From assembly GCA_949372645.1 (NCBI GenBank), contig CASIAP010000001.1, positions 17,802-81,801 on the forward strand: a stretch of 64,000 bases of DNA, read 5' to 3'. The first letter of the stretch is position 1. The number at the start of each line of letters is the position of its first letter. The notes below the pieces were generated by a model. The model made no database searches, was not told where the DNA came from, and saw only the letters and a list, made by a program, of their open reading frames with translations. Shown in pieces: positions 39,401 through 49,122 of this stretch. The stretch is from Candidatus Poseidoniaceae archaeon (lineage in GTDB: Archaea > Thermoplasmatota > Poseidoniia > Poseidoniales > Poseidoniaceae). Position numbers and translations under genes: made by a program.

Positions 39401-39785
39401 TTCCAAATTCATGAATCGCTTCATTTGACTTCAAATCCATTTTCTTTTGAACTTCGATTTCAACAGGTAAGCCATGCGTATCCCATCCTCCTTTTCGTTC
39501 AACACGGAAGCCTTCCATCGTCTTCCATCGGCAAACAAGATCTTTGTAGGCACGAGCAACAACGTGGTGGATTCCAGGCTTTCCATTGGCCGTTGGTGGC
39601 CCTTCAAGGAAGATAAACGGCGCCCCATTTCGATTTGATTCAATGGATTGTTGGAATGCATTTTCCTTTTTCCATGCTTCTAACAAGGCAGTCTCGAGTG
39701 CAACAGCATCGAATTCACCAGCAGACTTTGGGCGTGCCATAGCCATGCGAGACGCGTTTTTGTCTTGAACCTCACCCCTGTTCAA
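36453..39785 (-). CDS. ileS: Isoleucyl-tRNA synthetase
   Basis: 1110 aa. HIGH-region PPTANGKPGIHHV. KMSKSKGN. Editing CP1 domain and C-terminal extension. Confidence 0.9.
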   Translation of the reverse strand: MNRGEVQDKNASRMAMARPKSAGEFDAVALETALLEAWKKENAFQQSIESNRNGAPFIFLEGPPTANGKPGIHHVVARAYKDLVCRWKTMEGFRVERKGGWDTHGLPVEIEVQKKMDLKSNEAIHEFGMDNFNQACRDSVWTYESAWREMTERMAYWVDLDNPYVTLDNNYVESCWWAMKQMFDKGLLYRGYKVLPYCPQTGTSYSSHEVALGYKEVEEPSVYVKFKLIDDAASILAWTTTPWTLPGNVGLAVGPEVTYVRARVTEQAENWIGAGGASVGEEIILAKELMKEVLRHNVEVLEEFPGSSLVGKAYEPLFPEAVPRGDSTTAWTVLEADWVTTTDGTGVVHTAVMYGEDDYNLGMAAGLPAHHTVGMDGAFLTGTHPELDGRYVKDCDQTVIELLSASGGSNGKGPESGLLYREKAYLHDYPHCWRTDHPLLYYAMDSWFVRMTAVKERLLEFNSEVEWAPDWVGEGRFGEWLRNVKDWAISRERYWGTPLPVWRDDEGNMKCIGSIAELQAEIAKAVAAGIENPECPDDVDLHRPVVDGYTLLSDDGKPMHREPFVMDCWFDSGCAPFAQWHYPFEENETFDASFPVDYICEGVDQTRGWFYTLLAVSTAVFDKPAYKRCLSLGLILDAEGKKMSKSKGNIVDPWDHFNREGADATRWYMVTAGAPWNPLKFDSNGVRETYAKMFLTLWNIYKFHADYAAIDGFDPELSSSEVSSRPSLDRWILSRLATTARNYHADFKSWNFHKACRDLEDFIVNDVSNWYVRRSRRRLWDDAETMDKVACQHTLHEILTTVCRLIAPVSPFMVDTIHRNLTGETVHQAAWPLGVPGSLEGATADHWDEDDAAETENLPPQDMTLEATMALVRELAEVGRRIRVEAGRRQRLPCSQGWIVSGTDMEEFHDILAEELNVEMIAVETDLDRFQQIELAPNFRALAPKARSEVNAVANEIKNAADPTAMFASIQAGTCEVLGVKIEETDVEVRRVEREGFAASTVTIGQGDEAQQIGLVLDMNDTPALLSKGLARDITRRIQAMRKNLNLAIEATIDLEIWSKNAPEMFEQDREWIVSETRAAAAVFHSDSETHSADAETFEVDGTSVWFTVK

Positions 39786-39902
39786 TCAAGTAAAAATGAA
39801 CATTGCGGTCGTTTGGGAATCAAACGGAAGAACCTTTGACAATCAAAGAACTTGAAAATGGTTCGGGGTATGTTTGAAGTCCTTTAACCGATAGGGGAGA
39901 GT

Positions 39903-42900
39903 ATGACGGGTTCTTCATCGCGCCGTGGGGCATTGCTCCTCAGCCTCTTGATGCTCTTTGGTGGCCCGTTGCAAACCATGTTGACCGATGGCACTTCTCC
40001 ATCCCCAAATTCGGTCTTTTTGGAAGAAGAAGAAACGATTCTTTTCGCTGGCGTTGGGGATGACGCTATCATTCAGTTGCCGGGTTCAGGTTCATATTCA
40101 GACTCATTTACAATTGAGGTTCCAAGTAATGCACCAGTAACTGATTTGCATCTTTCGATGGTACCTTCCGTCGATATCACTCATCAAGGCTTTGTTTGGG
40201 AAGATAATGCCATTTGGTCACACAGCAGTGCACTCAATAACGGTACATTTGGACAAAACAATGTGTTGACAGGAAACGGGGCAGGAACGCTTTGGGATTT
40301 TAACACCAATGCAGCAGGTTGGACTTTTTCGAATACATATGCAAGCCGTGTAACCTCTCCAGCTTGCGGTTTGAACGGGACCGGGACCACAGGTGGTTCG
40401 ATTCGCACCTATGCTGGATCAACCTATGCGACTTCACCAGTGAATGATTTTTCTGGAGTTTCAGCTATGCCACTGCATGTTTGGGTTCGTGAAGGCTCCA
40501 GTGGTTGCGGTGAGGAACCTGATACTGGGGAAGATTTGCAAATCCAATATCGCACTACCAGTAATACTTGGACGACCCTCCACACCTTCTCTGGTGCTCC
40601 AACTAGTTCAGGCTCAGCAACGCAGTACATGACCAATTTACCTGCTGCTGCCCTTCACACCAATACTCAGGTTCGTTTCCATCAAACTTCAGGTTCAGGG
40701 ACCTGTTGTGATTTTTGGTTTATTGACGATGTGCACTTTGCAACCCCTCCCTCTGCGGAATGGACTAGTCCAACGATAGGTTTCGCTACAAGTTCCTTCC
40801 AAGATGTCGAACAAGGGCCATGGGCTCCAGTTTACATCAATGCAGATGTTCCAAGCGGTGCAAGCCTTAACTGGACGGTTATTGATACCTCGACTGGACT
40901 TGCTATACCAGGGATGAAGGGAAGTCTTACAGATCAACCCCTCCAAACCACTGATACTGCTTGGATTCCACTCAATGCCTTGGATTGGCAAACCGTCACT
41001 TCAATCCGTTTGAATCTGTATTTTGAGCCATCTGCAAATGGTCAAATGGCGAGTATCCATTCAATCAGTGGCGATGGAAGTTATGCATTATCATTTGATA
41101 ATGATCCTTTACTCAAAGGCTGGACTTTCAAGGGCACCCCCTTGTATGATTCGTTTAGCACTTCAGTGACTGGTTTTGAAAATGATTCGATGACGTCTCC
41201 ATGGTTCTCTGCTTCAGCCGCACTTGCTGAGATTCATGTCGATGCTTCAACCCTTTTCACTCAAACCCAAATCCGCACATCATTGCATACGAATTGGACG
41301 AACATCACACTCCCCTACTCGATGAGCTTGTTAGGAAGTGAAGGCTCTGTTGGTTCCTATCAAGTTCAATTTGTCGCAGATGCAAACAACACCTCCAATG
41401 CTTGGGAGGTCCTTGAATTCAAAACAGGTACTTTTGGTGGACTACAACCTACAGCGCCAGCAATTGATTTCGCTCGTGATGATGCTTTAGAATGGGGCGG
41501 AAGTGACGTACGTGTTGGCTCTTGGGGCTGGCAAGACCGTTTCGAAAACGGCCAAAACTCGATTGCTGCTAATCCTGGCATCAGTGGGAGTTCTACGGTG
41601 AAGGCTTGGATTCCTGCAACCAATCTCAGCAGTTTTTGTTTTAGTGCCTTATCCAGTAACGGAAACTTGGCATCGATAAATTTGGTTCACAATGGCATAA
41701 CTGTTGCCAATTGGACCGTTGAAACTGGTTCGAGTTATTTTGTTCTCGACCAAAACCAACTCACTGAATTGAATGCTGCTCTACTCGGGTCAACTTCTTT
41801 GGTAAGTGCGCTTGGGACGTATTTCACTGAAGTTGAGTTTGAAGTGTATGGTTCCGGTAATGTGACATTAGCAGGTCTCGGTGTGCCTTATGAGGCATCA
41901 GATTCCCTAATGGCGGCTGTCGATTCTACCTTCGTTTTGGAAATGAATGGAGCTCGTTATGGGTTGCCAGCCCTCGGAGGAATGCATCACATTCCATTGC
42001 AACTTACTTCGGAAACAGCTGGAGGCCTCCACATTACTCTTGAAGGCTTGAACAATTCATTGAGTGTTCAATTAGTCGGGGTGAATATGCATACTGATGC
42101 TACAATATTGACCCCAAGTCAACGTTGGCAAACAATGGAAACCAACTTTCTTTTTGCTGACGCCTCTCCCTCAACTGCACGGCTTGATGTGATTGGAGGG
42201 GGATATTCAGCAACATGGCTGCTGCCTCTTAACGGTGGAACTCCAGTAGGTACTGGAGATTCAGCACTTGTGGAATTACATCCTACAGCTGCGGTGACCA
42301 GCGTTGAAAGCGGAACTTCACTGTCCATGAACATCACGTTCAGAATAAATCCTTCTTGGGATGATTCAGATACGATTCAAGTCTCTTCACGGTTATTGCT
42401 CTCAAATGGGGTGTTCTCAATTCCAGCAAGATATACTTGGGGCGGAATGGGCTCACAAGGCTTTGAAAATGATTTGGAAATAAAACAAGTCATGTTCTCT
42501 GATTCATCTCATACTGAACTGGACCCGAGTGATTATTATCTCAAAGCAGGTTCAACCATTCAAATTGGAGTTCGAATTGGCTTTGAAGGCATGGATACAC
42601 TCGATGCATTCGCAGATGGTGATGCGGTTGTGGAATTCTATCGAGGAGAGAACCTTGTTGCGAATACGACCACACTCGATGGTAACATGTGGAACATCAC
42701 TGATTCTGTTCCGTTTTCTTTCGGTATCGCCGTTTGGCATTTTGAAATAAAATCAATCAACGGCTCAGGGACGACGCCTGATGCGGTATTCTCACGAACG
42801 TTCCACATCGATTCGATTACTCCACAAGTACTCGACTCAAATATGGAACGATACGATCACCGAATCCCTTCGTCGACTCAAACGATTCAAATTCAAATAT

Positions 42901-45065
42901 CCGATCAGCCAATTCTCCCTCAAAATATTCAGGCCATGGTCTGGAGAGAATGGATTGATGATGATAATTTTAATCATTGGCCAGATGAAAATGAATACCA
43001 TCCTCTTAACCTGTTTATTCCAAATGACCTTTCCTCACTTATCGGTCAATATACCTTGATGATGGATGATACTGGAGGAAGTATCGGTCAGAAAGTTTCA
43101 GTTTACCTGACCGGTACCGATCAGGCAGGTCATACACTGGAGAACGGTGGTACCAATGTTTCCGGTGAACATCTGTTTATGTATCAATTAGCAACAGACG
43201 GCCCTCCAGCAGTTACTGCGAATGCATTCTCCATTGATGGCGGCAAAAAGCCTTGGTTACATCCACAGACACCCTATACCTTTGAAGTTGATATTTCCGA
43301 ACCAAACGGTGGTTCTGACTTCTCTACCGTTGTCGTTGAATTAGCATCCAATCAAGGCAGTGATTCACTTCCAATCCTATGGGACTTCCTGACTGGTAAT
43401 TGCACAACAACAAGCCCCCATGTCTTGATTGAAGAGTGTGAAATGCGAGGGGCGAATGGCCCTGCTGACCCCTATGAACGGGATATGACTCTACATATCG
43501 AAGTGAAATTAGCATGGACCACTCCGGACTTGGGTGAAACTCGAAGAGAACCTGGAATCAGAGTGATTGATAGAGCAGGTCAAGAAGTCTTCCTTGCTTT
43601 CCCTGAACATCGCTGGCGCTTCTCTGCAGCAATGGAAGTTCCTGACGAAAGTGTAAATCTTATACTCTCCCAAGGGACTTTACTTGAGGACGGTGCTCGC
43701 TTAGCACCCAACAGTCCATTGGAAGTCTCTGGAAGTATTGTCTTCTCAGAAACAGGACTTACCCCTCAATTTGATTGCCAAGTTGATATTTTATTCGCCG
43801 GCTCAACGACATCAACCAGTACGCTTGAAGGAATTTGGTCAGTCGCTTTACAAGCACCCTCCTCAACGATGACAATACCGATGACTTGGAGCGTCGGATG
43901 CCTTCAAGGACAAGGCATTGATGCAACGAATCAAGAAACCTCAGTTCGTTGGATTATTGTCGATGGGACAGGTCCAGAACCCGTTGAAGTTTCGAACCCT
44001 CGCCCTGCCTCTGTTTTGAAAGCGGAATCACATGAAGTTCGTATTCTTCTTTCTGAAGCAGGTGGCTTAGATGTTGATTCACTTGAATTAGTTTGGTGGG
44101 TCGAAGAGAAAGCTACAGGTGACCGCTTGCGGAACGGAATTGAACCGCTCACCTTGATCGGCTCAGATCTCTCCGGATTACGTTTGGAAGTCGTCAGCTC
44201 AATTGATTTGAGCGAGATTACGCCTGAAATGTTAGAAAATCGTCTTGCTGTTCACATTTTGGTCACTGGAAGAGATCTGGCTGACAATGAAGTGCTCGGA
44301 CTGGGCGGATCTCCTGCTGGAACTCCTGTTGGCGTTTGGGATATGGTTTGGCTCAAACCGGAATATACACTACAAGGCTCTTCGATCACTTATTCTCGTT
44401 TACTGGTTGAAGTTGGCCAAACTTCCATTGTGACAGCCTATGTTGAAAACACAGGAACCCTCAACGGTTCAGTTAGTGTGATCTTTACCGAAGTGCTTGG
44501 AGACGGGACTCGTTCGATGCTTCGTAGCATGACGGTTGAAGTTCCAGAAGGCGGTATTATACCTGTTTCTGCTGATTGGAATCCCTCCGGACCTGGTTTG
44601 CAGTGGGTCGAAGTTCTGTTAGAAACCGGTTCGACTTCTATTGGCCCATCGATTGATGTCCGACCGCAACGTGAAGAATCTTTTTCGGAGAGTGTCTTTG
44701 GTGGTGTGAATCCCGTCTTGGGAACTTTTGCAGCAATTCTCTTCCTCTCTATTGTCCTTACAGGTTTGGTTTGGGCAAGACGTATGACCTTGAACCGTGG
44801 CTCGAAATATGAAGATAATTGGGATGAATATTCATCTGAATTTGAAGAGGATGAAGATGAATACGACGATGAAGGCGATGAGATGGACACATCTCTCTCG
44901 ACCTCTTCTGTTGCCGCAGTCTCAGTTACTGCGGTGGAGACATCAGTATCGGATGAAGAAACAGATTGGGTCATGGGTTCCGATGGCTACTGGTGGTATC
45001 ATGATAAAGTTACCAATGAATGGTGGTACAAGAATGCTGAAGGCGAAATTGTACAACACAAGTGA
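39903..45065 (+). CDS. Giant surface protein (1720 aa): signal peptide, many N-glycosylation sequons, CARDB-like module, C-terminal TM anchor, acidic cytoplasmic tail ending in a WW-like domain
   Basis: Signal peptide ALLLSLLMLFGGPLQT. TM helix LGTFAAILFLSIVLTGLVWA followed by RRMTLNRGSK. Tail ...DEDEYDDEGDE...TDWVMGSDGYWWYHDKVTNEWWYKN. Confidence 0.7.
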   Translation: MTGSSSRRGALLLSLLMLFGGPLQTMLTDGTSPSPNSVFLEEEETILFAGVGDDAIIQLPGSGSYSDSFTIEVPSNAPVTDLHLSMVPSVDITHQGFVWEDNAIWSHSSALNNGTFGQNNVLTGNGAGTLWDFNTNAAGWTFSNTYASRVTSPACGLNGTGTTGGSIRTYAGSTYATSPVNDFSGVSAMPLHVWVREGSSGCGEEPDTGEDLQIQYRTTSNTWTTLHTFSGAPTSSGSATQYMTNLPAAALHTNTQVRFHQTSGSGTCCDFWFIDDVHFATPPSAEWTSPTIGFATSSFQDVEQGPWAPVYINADVPSGASLNWTVIDTSTGLAIPGMKGSLTDQPLQTTDTAWIPLNALDWQTVTSIRLNLYFEPSANGQMASIHSISGDGSYALSFDNDPLLKGWTFKGTPLYDSFSTSVTGFENDSMTSPWFSASAALAEIHVDASTLFTQTQIRTSLHTNWTNITLPYSMSLLGSEGSVGSYQVQFVADANNTSNAWEVLEFKTGTFGGLQPTAPAIDFARDDALEWGGSDVRVGSWGWQDRFENGQNSIAANPGISGSSTVKAWIPATNLSSFCFSALSSNGNLASINLVHNGITVANWTVETGSSYFVLDQNQLTELNAALLGSTSLVSALGTYFTEVEFEVYGSGNVTLAGLGVPYEASDSLMAAVDSTFVLEMNGARYGLPALGGMHHIPLQLTSETAGGLHITLEGLNNSLSVQLVGVNMHTDATILTPSQRWQTMETNFLFADASPSTARLDVIGGGYSATWLLPLNGGTPVGTGDSALVELHPTAAVTSVESGTSLSMNITFRINPSWDDSDTIQVSSRLLLSNGVFSIPARYTWGGMGSQGFENDLEIKQVMFSDSSHTELDPSDYYLKAGSTIQIGVRIGFEGMDTLDAFADGDAVVEFYRGENLVANTTTLDGNMWNITDSVPFSFGIAVWHFEIKSINGSGTTPDAVFSRTFHIDSITPQVLDSNMERYDHRIPSSTQTIQIQISDQPILPQNIQAMVWREWIDDDNFNHWPDENEYHPLNLFIPNDLSSLIGQYTLMMDDTGGSIGQKVSVYLTGTDQAGHTLENGGTNVSGEHLFMYQLATDGPPAVTANAFSIDGGKKPWLHPQTPYTFEVDISEPNGGSDFSTVVVELASNQGSDSLPILWDFLTGNCTTTSPHVLIEECEMRGANGPADPYERDMTLHIEVKLAWTTPDLGETRREPGIRVIDRAGQEVFLAFPEHRWRFSAAMEVPDESVNLILSQGTLLEDGARLAPNSPLEVSGSIVFSETGLTPQFDCQVDILFAGSTTSTSTLEGIWSVALQAPSSTMTIPMTWSVGCLQGQGIDATNQETSVRWIIVDGTGPEPVEVSNPRPASVLKAESHEVRILLSEAGGLDVDSLELVWWVEEKATGDRLRNGIEPLTLIGSDLSGLRLEVVSSIDLSEITPEMLENRLAVHILVTGRDLADNEVLGLGGSPAGTPVGVWDMVWLKPEYTLQGSSITYSRLLVEVGQTSIVTAYVENTGTLNGSVSVIFTEVLGDGTRSMLRSMTVEVPEGGIIPVSADWNPSGPGLQWVEVLLETGSTSIGPSIDVRPQREESFSESVFGGVNPVLGTFAAILFLSIVLTGLVWARRMTLNRGSKYEDNWDEYSSEFEEDEDEYDDEGDEMDTSLSTSSVAAVSVTAVETSVSDEETDWVMGSDGYWWYHDKVTNEWWYKNAEGEIVQHK

Positions 45066-46846
45066 CGTATTGGAGTGATACAATGGGTCGAATGATTGGT
45101 CTTTTACAAGTTGATCCAACCGTCGGTGACTTGACTGGCAATGCACAACGTCTTGAGCACCTTGCTCATTTAGCATCGCAAAATGGTGCTGATATTGGCG
45201 TCACCACGGAATTAGCCATTTCAGGTTACCCGCCTCGTGACTTACTTCTTCAAGATGAATTCATCCGCTTAGCCCAACAAACAGCAAGTTCTCTTCAGGT
45301 ATCAATTCCTGTTCTTGTTGGTTCTCCAATCGAGGCTCAATCGAGTCGTCAATTACCAGGCAATGGTGTGGTTCGGGCGGGTTCCAATGAAGGGTTCTCA
45401 GGTGATGGGAACTCTCATGTCGTCGCTCGAAAACAACTCTTACCAACCTATGATGTCTTTGATGAGGCACGTTATTTTCAACCTGACAATCGGTCAGGAA
45501 TCGCTCGGACAATTGCACAACTTGACCTTGGGGTCACCGTTTGTGAAGATGCATGGCAAGCTGCGGGTTTGACCCCCTCTGCTTATTCAGCAGATCCGAT
45601 TGAACATCTAGCGGAATGGGGACTTCAAGGCGTACAATTAGACGCAACTGTCAACCTTTCAGCCTCTCCTTACCATGCAGATAAATTGAGTTCACGAATC
45701 CATGTGTGCCGAACTGCTGCACGTATTCTCGGGCATCCGTTCTTGCTCGCAAATCAAGTCGGCGGTAATGATGATTTACTGTTTGATGGAAATTCACTGG
45801 TCGCTTGGCCTGATGGTCGTGTTGTTGTCGCTCCTGCTTGGCAAGAAGGGGTACTCATTGTCGATATTGATGATGCAAAGAATTGCTCTTGGATTGCCTC
45901 ACAATCCGCTGACGCTTTGTGTATTGGAAGTGATCAAATCCGCCACCTCTCGGCTGAAGATAAGGGTCATGAATACGACAAAGAATTACTTGAAGACCTC
46001 ACTGATGCAGTAGTGGCTGGACTTTCAGATTATTGCCGAAAATCAGGAATCTCTTCAATTGTCTTAGGTCTTTCAGGTGGTATTGATTCTGCTGTTGCTG
46101 CATGTGTTGCTGCTGCTGCTGTTGGCCCAGAGAACGTTATGGCATTAGCTATGCCAAGCCGCCATTCATCGCAGCACTCCCTTGATGATGCCCATCATAC
46201 TGCTGAAGCACTTGGAATTTCTTTTGATACTATACCGATTGATTCGTTCCATGCATCGGTTGAGGACTCAATCGGAGAGGTACTCTCCAATGGTCATCCT
46301 GTCGCATCCGAAAATTTGCAAGCACGATTGCGTGGTCTTCTTGTCATGGCTCATGCGAATGCTCAAGGTCGAATGGCAATTGCTACCGGGAATAAATCTG
46401 AATTGGCTCAAGGATATTGCACTCTGTATGGCGATATGGCTGGCGGATACGCTCCGCTTGGCGATCTTTACAAGATGCAAGTTTACGGTATTGCAGATAT
46501 TTTCAATAGCCGTGCAGAACATAACGGTCGAGTTGCCCCGGTGAATCCTTCGACTCGAACCAAACCCCCTTCAGCAGAACTCGCTCCTGACCAAAAAGAC
46601 GAAGATTCTCTCCCTCCATATCACCTCCTGGATGAGATTCTCTATTCACACATCGAAGAAGGGTTAGATGCACAATCCATTGCTGACAAAGGATTTGATC
46701 GAGACATGGTGGTAGAGGTTCTCACTCGATTAGAACGCAGTGAACACAAACGGTGGCAAATGTCTCCAGCGCCTCGCGTTTCTTCTCGTGCTTTTGGGCA
46801 GGGATGGCGACGCCCACTTGCTTCACGCCATGATTGGCGTCATTGA
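45062..46846 (+). CDS. nadE: Glutamine-dependent NAD+ synthetase (N-terminal nitrilase/CN-hydrolase domain + NadE domain)
   Basis: CN-hydrolase domain. PP-loop SGGIDSAV. The start is probably MGRMIGLLQV. Confidence 0.85.
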   Translation: MTYWSDTMGRMIGLLQVDPTVGDLTGNAQRLEHLAHLASQNGADIGVTTELAISGYPPRDLLLQDEFIRLAQQTASSLQVSIPVLVGSPIEAQSSRQLPGNGVVRAGSNEGFSGDGNSHVVARKQLLPTYDVFDEARYFQPDNRSGIARTIAQLDLGVTVCEDAWQAAGLTPSAYSADPIEHLAEWGLQGVQLDATVNLSASPYHADKLSSRIHVCRTAARILGHPFLLANQVGGNDDLLFDGNSLVAWPDGRVVVAPAWQEGVLIVDIDDAKNCSWIASQSADALCIGSDQIRHLSAEDKGHEYDKELLEDLTDAVVAGLSDYCRKSGISSIVLGLSGGIDSAVAACVAAAAVGPENVMALAMPSRHSSQHSLDDAHHTAEALGISFDTIPIDSFHASVEDSIGEVLSNGHPVASENLQARLRGLLVMAHANAQGRMAIATGNKSELAQGYCTLYGDMAGGYAPLGDLYKMQVYGIADIFNSRAEHNGRVAPVNPSTRTKPPSAELAPDQKDEDSLPPYHLLDEILYSHIEEGLDAQSIADKGFDRDMVVEVLTRLERSEHKRWQMSPAPRVSSRAFGQGWRRPLASRHDWRH

Positions 46847-47712
46847 TGCTTGGAATGAATCAAAAGGGCCTTCTCAATCCGCAGGTCATGGAGGGAATGG
46901 TTACCAATGTTGCAGGTTACCGTTTTGTTGACCTTCCTGACCGTGATGCTTTACGAGAACCTTTTCGTGCCATCTGCGAAAAAGCAGGACTGAAAGGAAC
47001 TATTTTACTTTCTTTTGAAGGTATTAATTTCTTTTTGGCAGGCTCTCCATCTTCGGTTGACCAGTATCTAGAATTCCTTGAACAAGATTCACGTTTTTCT
47101 CAAATCCGTCTCAAATACTCCTCGACTGAATACCAACCCTTCAATCGGATGAATGTCCGTCTTAAAAAAGAAATTATTTCTCTAGGACTTGATCATATCA
47201 AGCCTGCAGAACGCACAGGTGAAGAAATCACTCCGACAGAATTCAAACAGTGGCTGGATGAAGGCCGGGAAGTTGCTATTATCGACACCCGGAACGATTA
47301 TGAAATCCGATTAGGCACATTTGAAAATGCTCAGAATCTAAACCTTAAATCGTTTCGAGCGTTTCCTAAAGCCATTGAATCACTCCCTGAATCGATGAAA
47401 GATACACCTGTGGTTATGTTTTGCACTGGTGGGATTCGGTGTGAGAAAGCAAGTGTTGTCATGATGGATGCAGGGTTCTCAAATGTTAAACAACTCAAAG
47501 GTGGAATCCTCGGTTATTTCGAAGAAGTCGGCGGTGAACACTGGGATGGAGATTGCTTTGTGTTCGACCATCGTGTTGCTCTTAGTGCAGAACTTGAACA
47601 GACCGAAGTTGTGCAATGTTTTGCGTGCCGTCAGCCTGTAACTGTTGAAGAACAACAATCACCAGAGTACATCATCGAGGTGTCATGTCCTCATTGCATT
47701 CATTTGCGGTGA
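46834..47712 (+). CDS. trhO: Rhodanese-domain tRNA uridine(34) hydroxylase TrhO/YceA-like
   Basis: Active-site loop CTGGIRCEKAS. The N-terminal domain is collinear with YceA. C-terminal CxxC...CPHC zinc ribbon. The true start is probably MVTNVAGYRF. Confidence 0.7.
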   Translation: MASLMLGMNQKGLLNPQVMEGMVTNVAGYRFVDLPDRDALREPFRAICEKAGLKGTILLSFEGINFFLAGSPSSVDQYLEFLEQDSRFSQIRLKYSSTEYQPFNRMNVRLKKEIISLGLDHIKPAERTGEEITPTEFKQWLDEGREVAIIDTRNDYEIRLGTFENAQNLNLKSFRAFPKAIESLPESMKDTPVVMFCTGGIRCEKASVVMMDAGFSNVKQLKGGILGYFEEVGGEHWDGDCFVFDHRVALSAELEQTEVVQCFACRQPVTVEEQQSPEYIIEVSCPHCIHLR

Positions 47713-49122
47713 TTACAACCAAATAAGCCAGTCACCAGTTCGTTCACCGTGACTCCATACATGAATTTCATGGCCCCGTACACCGTCGTGTGAGATGAAG
47801 ATGAGATGATGCTCTGTGAGCATGAGTTCACCGTAGGTACCTGAGGCAGAATTGTTATTCACGCCTGGCCATGGATCGTAGGCTAGGCTTGGCAGTCCAT
47901 CATTTTGTATATGCCATAATGAAGAACCACTTTCAATTCCATCTCTTTGGCCAGAAGCAAGGAAAAATAAATGCTCTCCATAGGATGCAAAACCGAGAAT
48001 ATTCGAACTGGCCATACCTGCTCGTAAATCTGTTTCCACTCGAGTACCATTGACTGTTCCATCGCTTGAACAAATTTCATGGGCCACACTGGGTGCGACA
48101 CAATCAAACCAAACACGTTGTTGATGGAGAATTCCACCAGCCCAATCGCCAGGCGCGACGATGATTGTTGACAAGATTTGAGTATTGCCTGATGAGAGAT
48201 TGTGAGACCACACTTGAGGGTCAACACCTGACGTCAGTGCATCGAATACCAAGAGGCTTCCAAGTTGATGGATTCCTAAATATTCCGCTACATGCGTAGT
48301 TGGGTTTCCAGTTCCTTGATGCTGGAGAGTGGTGAGCCAGTTTTGACTTCCATCGTCACCTAACCGAACTAATTGCCGTCCATTTTGAGATTCTGCAACC
48401 AGTACCAACCCACCTTCAATGATCGTCGGAGCATTAGGCTGACTCGCACCTGAGGGGTTGAGATCCCAACTTTGAAATTCAGCATCAAGCGTGATGAGAT
48501 AAGGTTCGATGTCATTTTGGGCTTTGGCTGAGAACCATAAATGGGTCGAATTCGAATGAAGCATTTCGGTTGCAAACGTTACCATTCCAAATGAGAAGGT
48601 ATCGAGGTTCTGTTGTTGAGCTGCTGAAAAGCCAGGATGTGAAAACACCGTGTTGAGATTAATCCCATCGGTCCACATCAAAGCATCGTTGGCAGTATTG
48701 ACGACAACACCTTGGCCCCATGGAACCAGATGAGCTGAACTTGTCAGCGATAGAGAATCACCGTTACTCACTACACGTTTTGTGCCGCTACTCGTGGCAT
48801 CACTCACCCATAATTGTCGTCCATGAACACCATCGTCAGCATCAAAGAAGACCCGTTCACCATACATTGTTGGAACCGAAGTGATTCCAAGGAATTGCCC
48901 AGGTAATGCATCACCATTTGGATTAATGTCAAGTAAGAACTGGGTTGAAGACTCGAAACCTTGACTGACCCAAAGTTCACATCCATCGTTTCCATTGACT
49001 CCTGCAGTCAGAAGTCGTTGTTGCTCAACCATCCATGCCATTGCATCGCAATTCGTAGTCAATCCATCGCTCAGCCTGTTGCGAAATCTGAAATTGGCCC
49101 ATACAGAAGGGCAGTGCTGCAA
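47713..49122 (-). CDS. ELWxxDGT-repeat (beta-propeller-like) protein; no own signal peptide; possibly the C-terminal part of the upstream gene
   Basis: Repeated (C/Q/E)(E/L)(L/I)WVS(D/Q)G / HVWSHGERTG motifs. The ORF opens with TTG and overlaps the upstream ORF by 52 nt in another frame. Confidence 0.45.
   Translation of the reverse strand: MQHCPSVWANFRFRNRLSDGLTTNCDAMAWMVEQQRLLTAGVNGNDGCELWVSQGFESSTQFLLDINPNGDALPGQFLGITSVPTMYGERVFFDADDGVHGRQLWVSDATSSGTKRVVSNGDSLSLTSSAHLVPWGQGVVVNTANDALMWTDGINLNTVFSHPGFSAAQQQNLDTFSFGMVTFATEMLHSNSTHLWFSAKAQNDIEPYLITLDAEFQSWDLNPSGASQPNAPTIIEGGLVLVAESQNGRQLVRLGDDGSQNWLTTLQHQGTGNPTTHVAEYLGIHQLGSLLVFDALTSGVDPQVWSHNLSSGNTQILSTIIVAPGDWAGGILHQQRVWFDCVAPSVAHEICSSDGTVNGTRVETDLRAGMASSNILGFASYGEHLFFLASGQRDGIESGSSLWHIQNDGLPSLAYDPWPGVNNNSASGTYGELMLTEHHLIFISHDGVRGHEIHVWSHGERTGDWLIWL

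Noticed and set aside
39786-39902. 118-nt intergenic region between divergent ileS and the giant surface-protein gene, inspected for tRNA/ncRNA
   Set aside because: It is AT-rich with no cloverleaf-compatible GC stems. Its contents are consistent with divergent promoters, including a TTTAAC TATA-like element about 20 nt upstream of the 39903 ATG. No RNA gene is supported.
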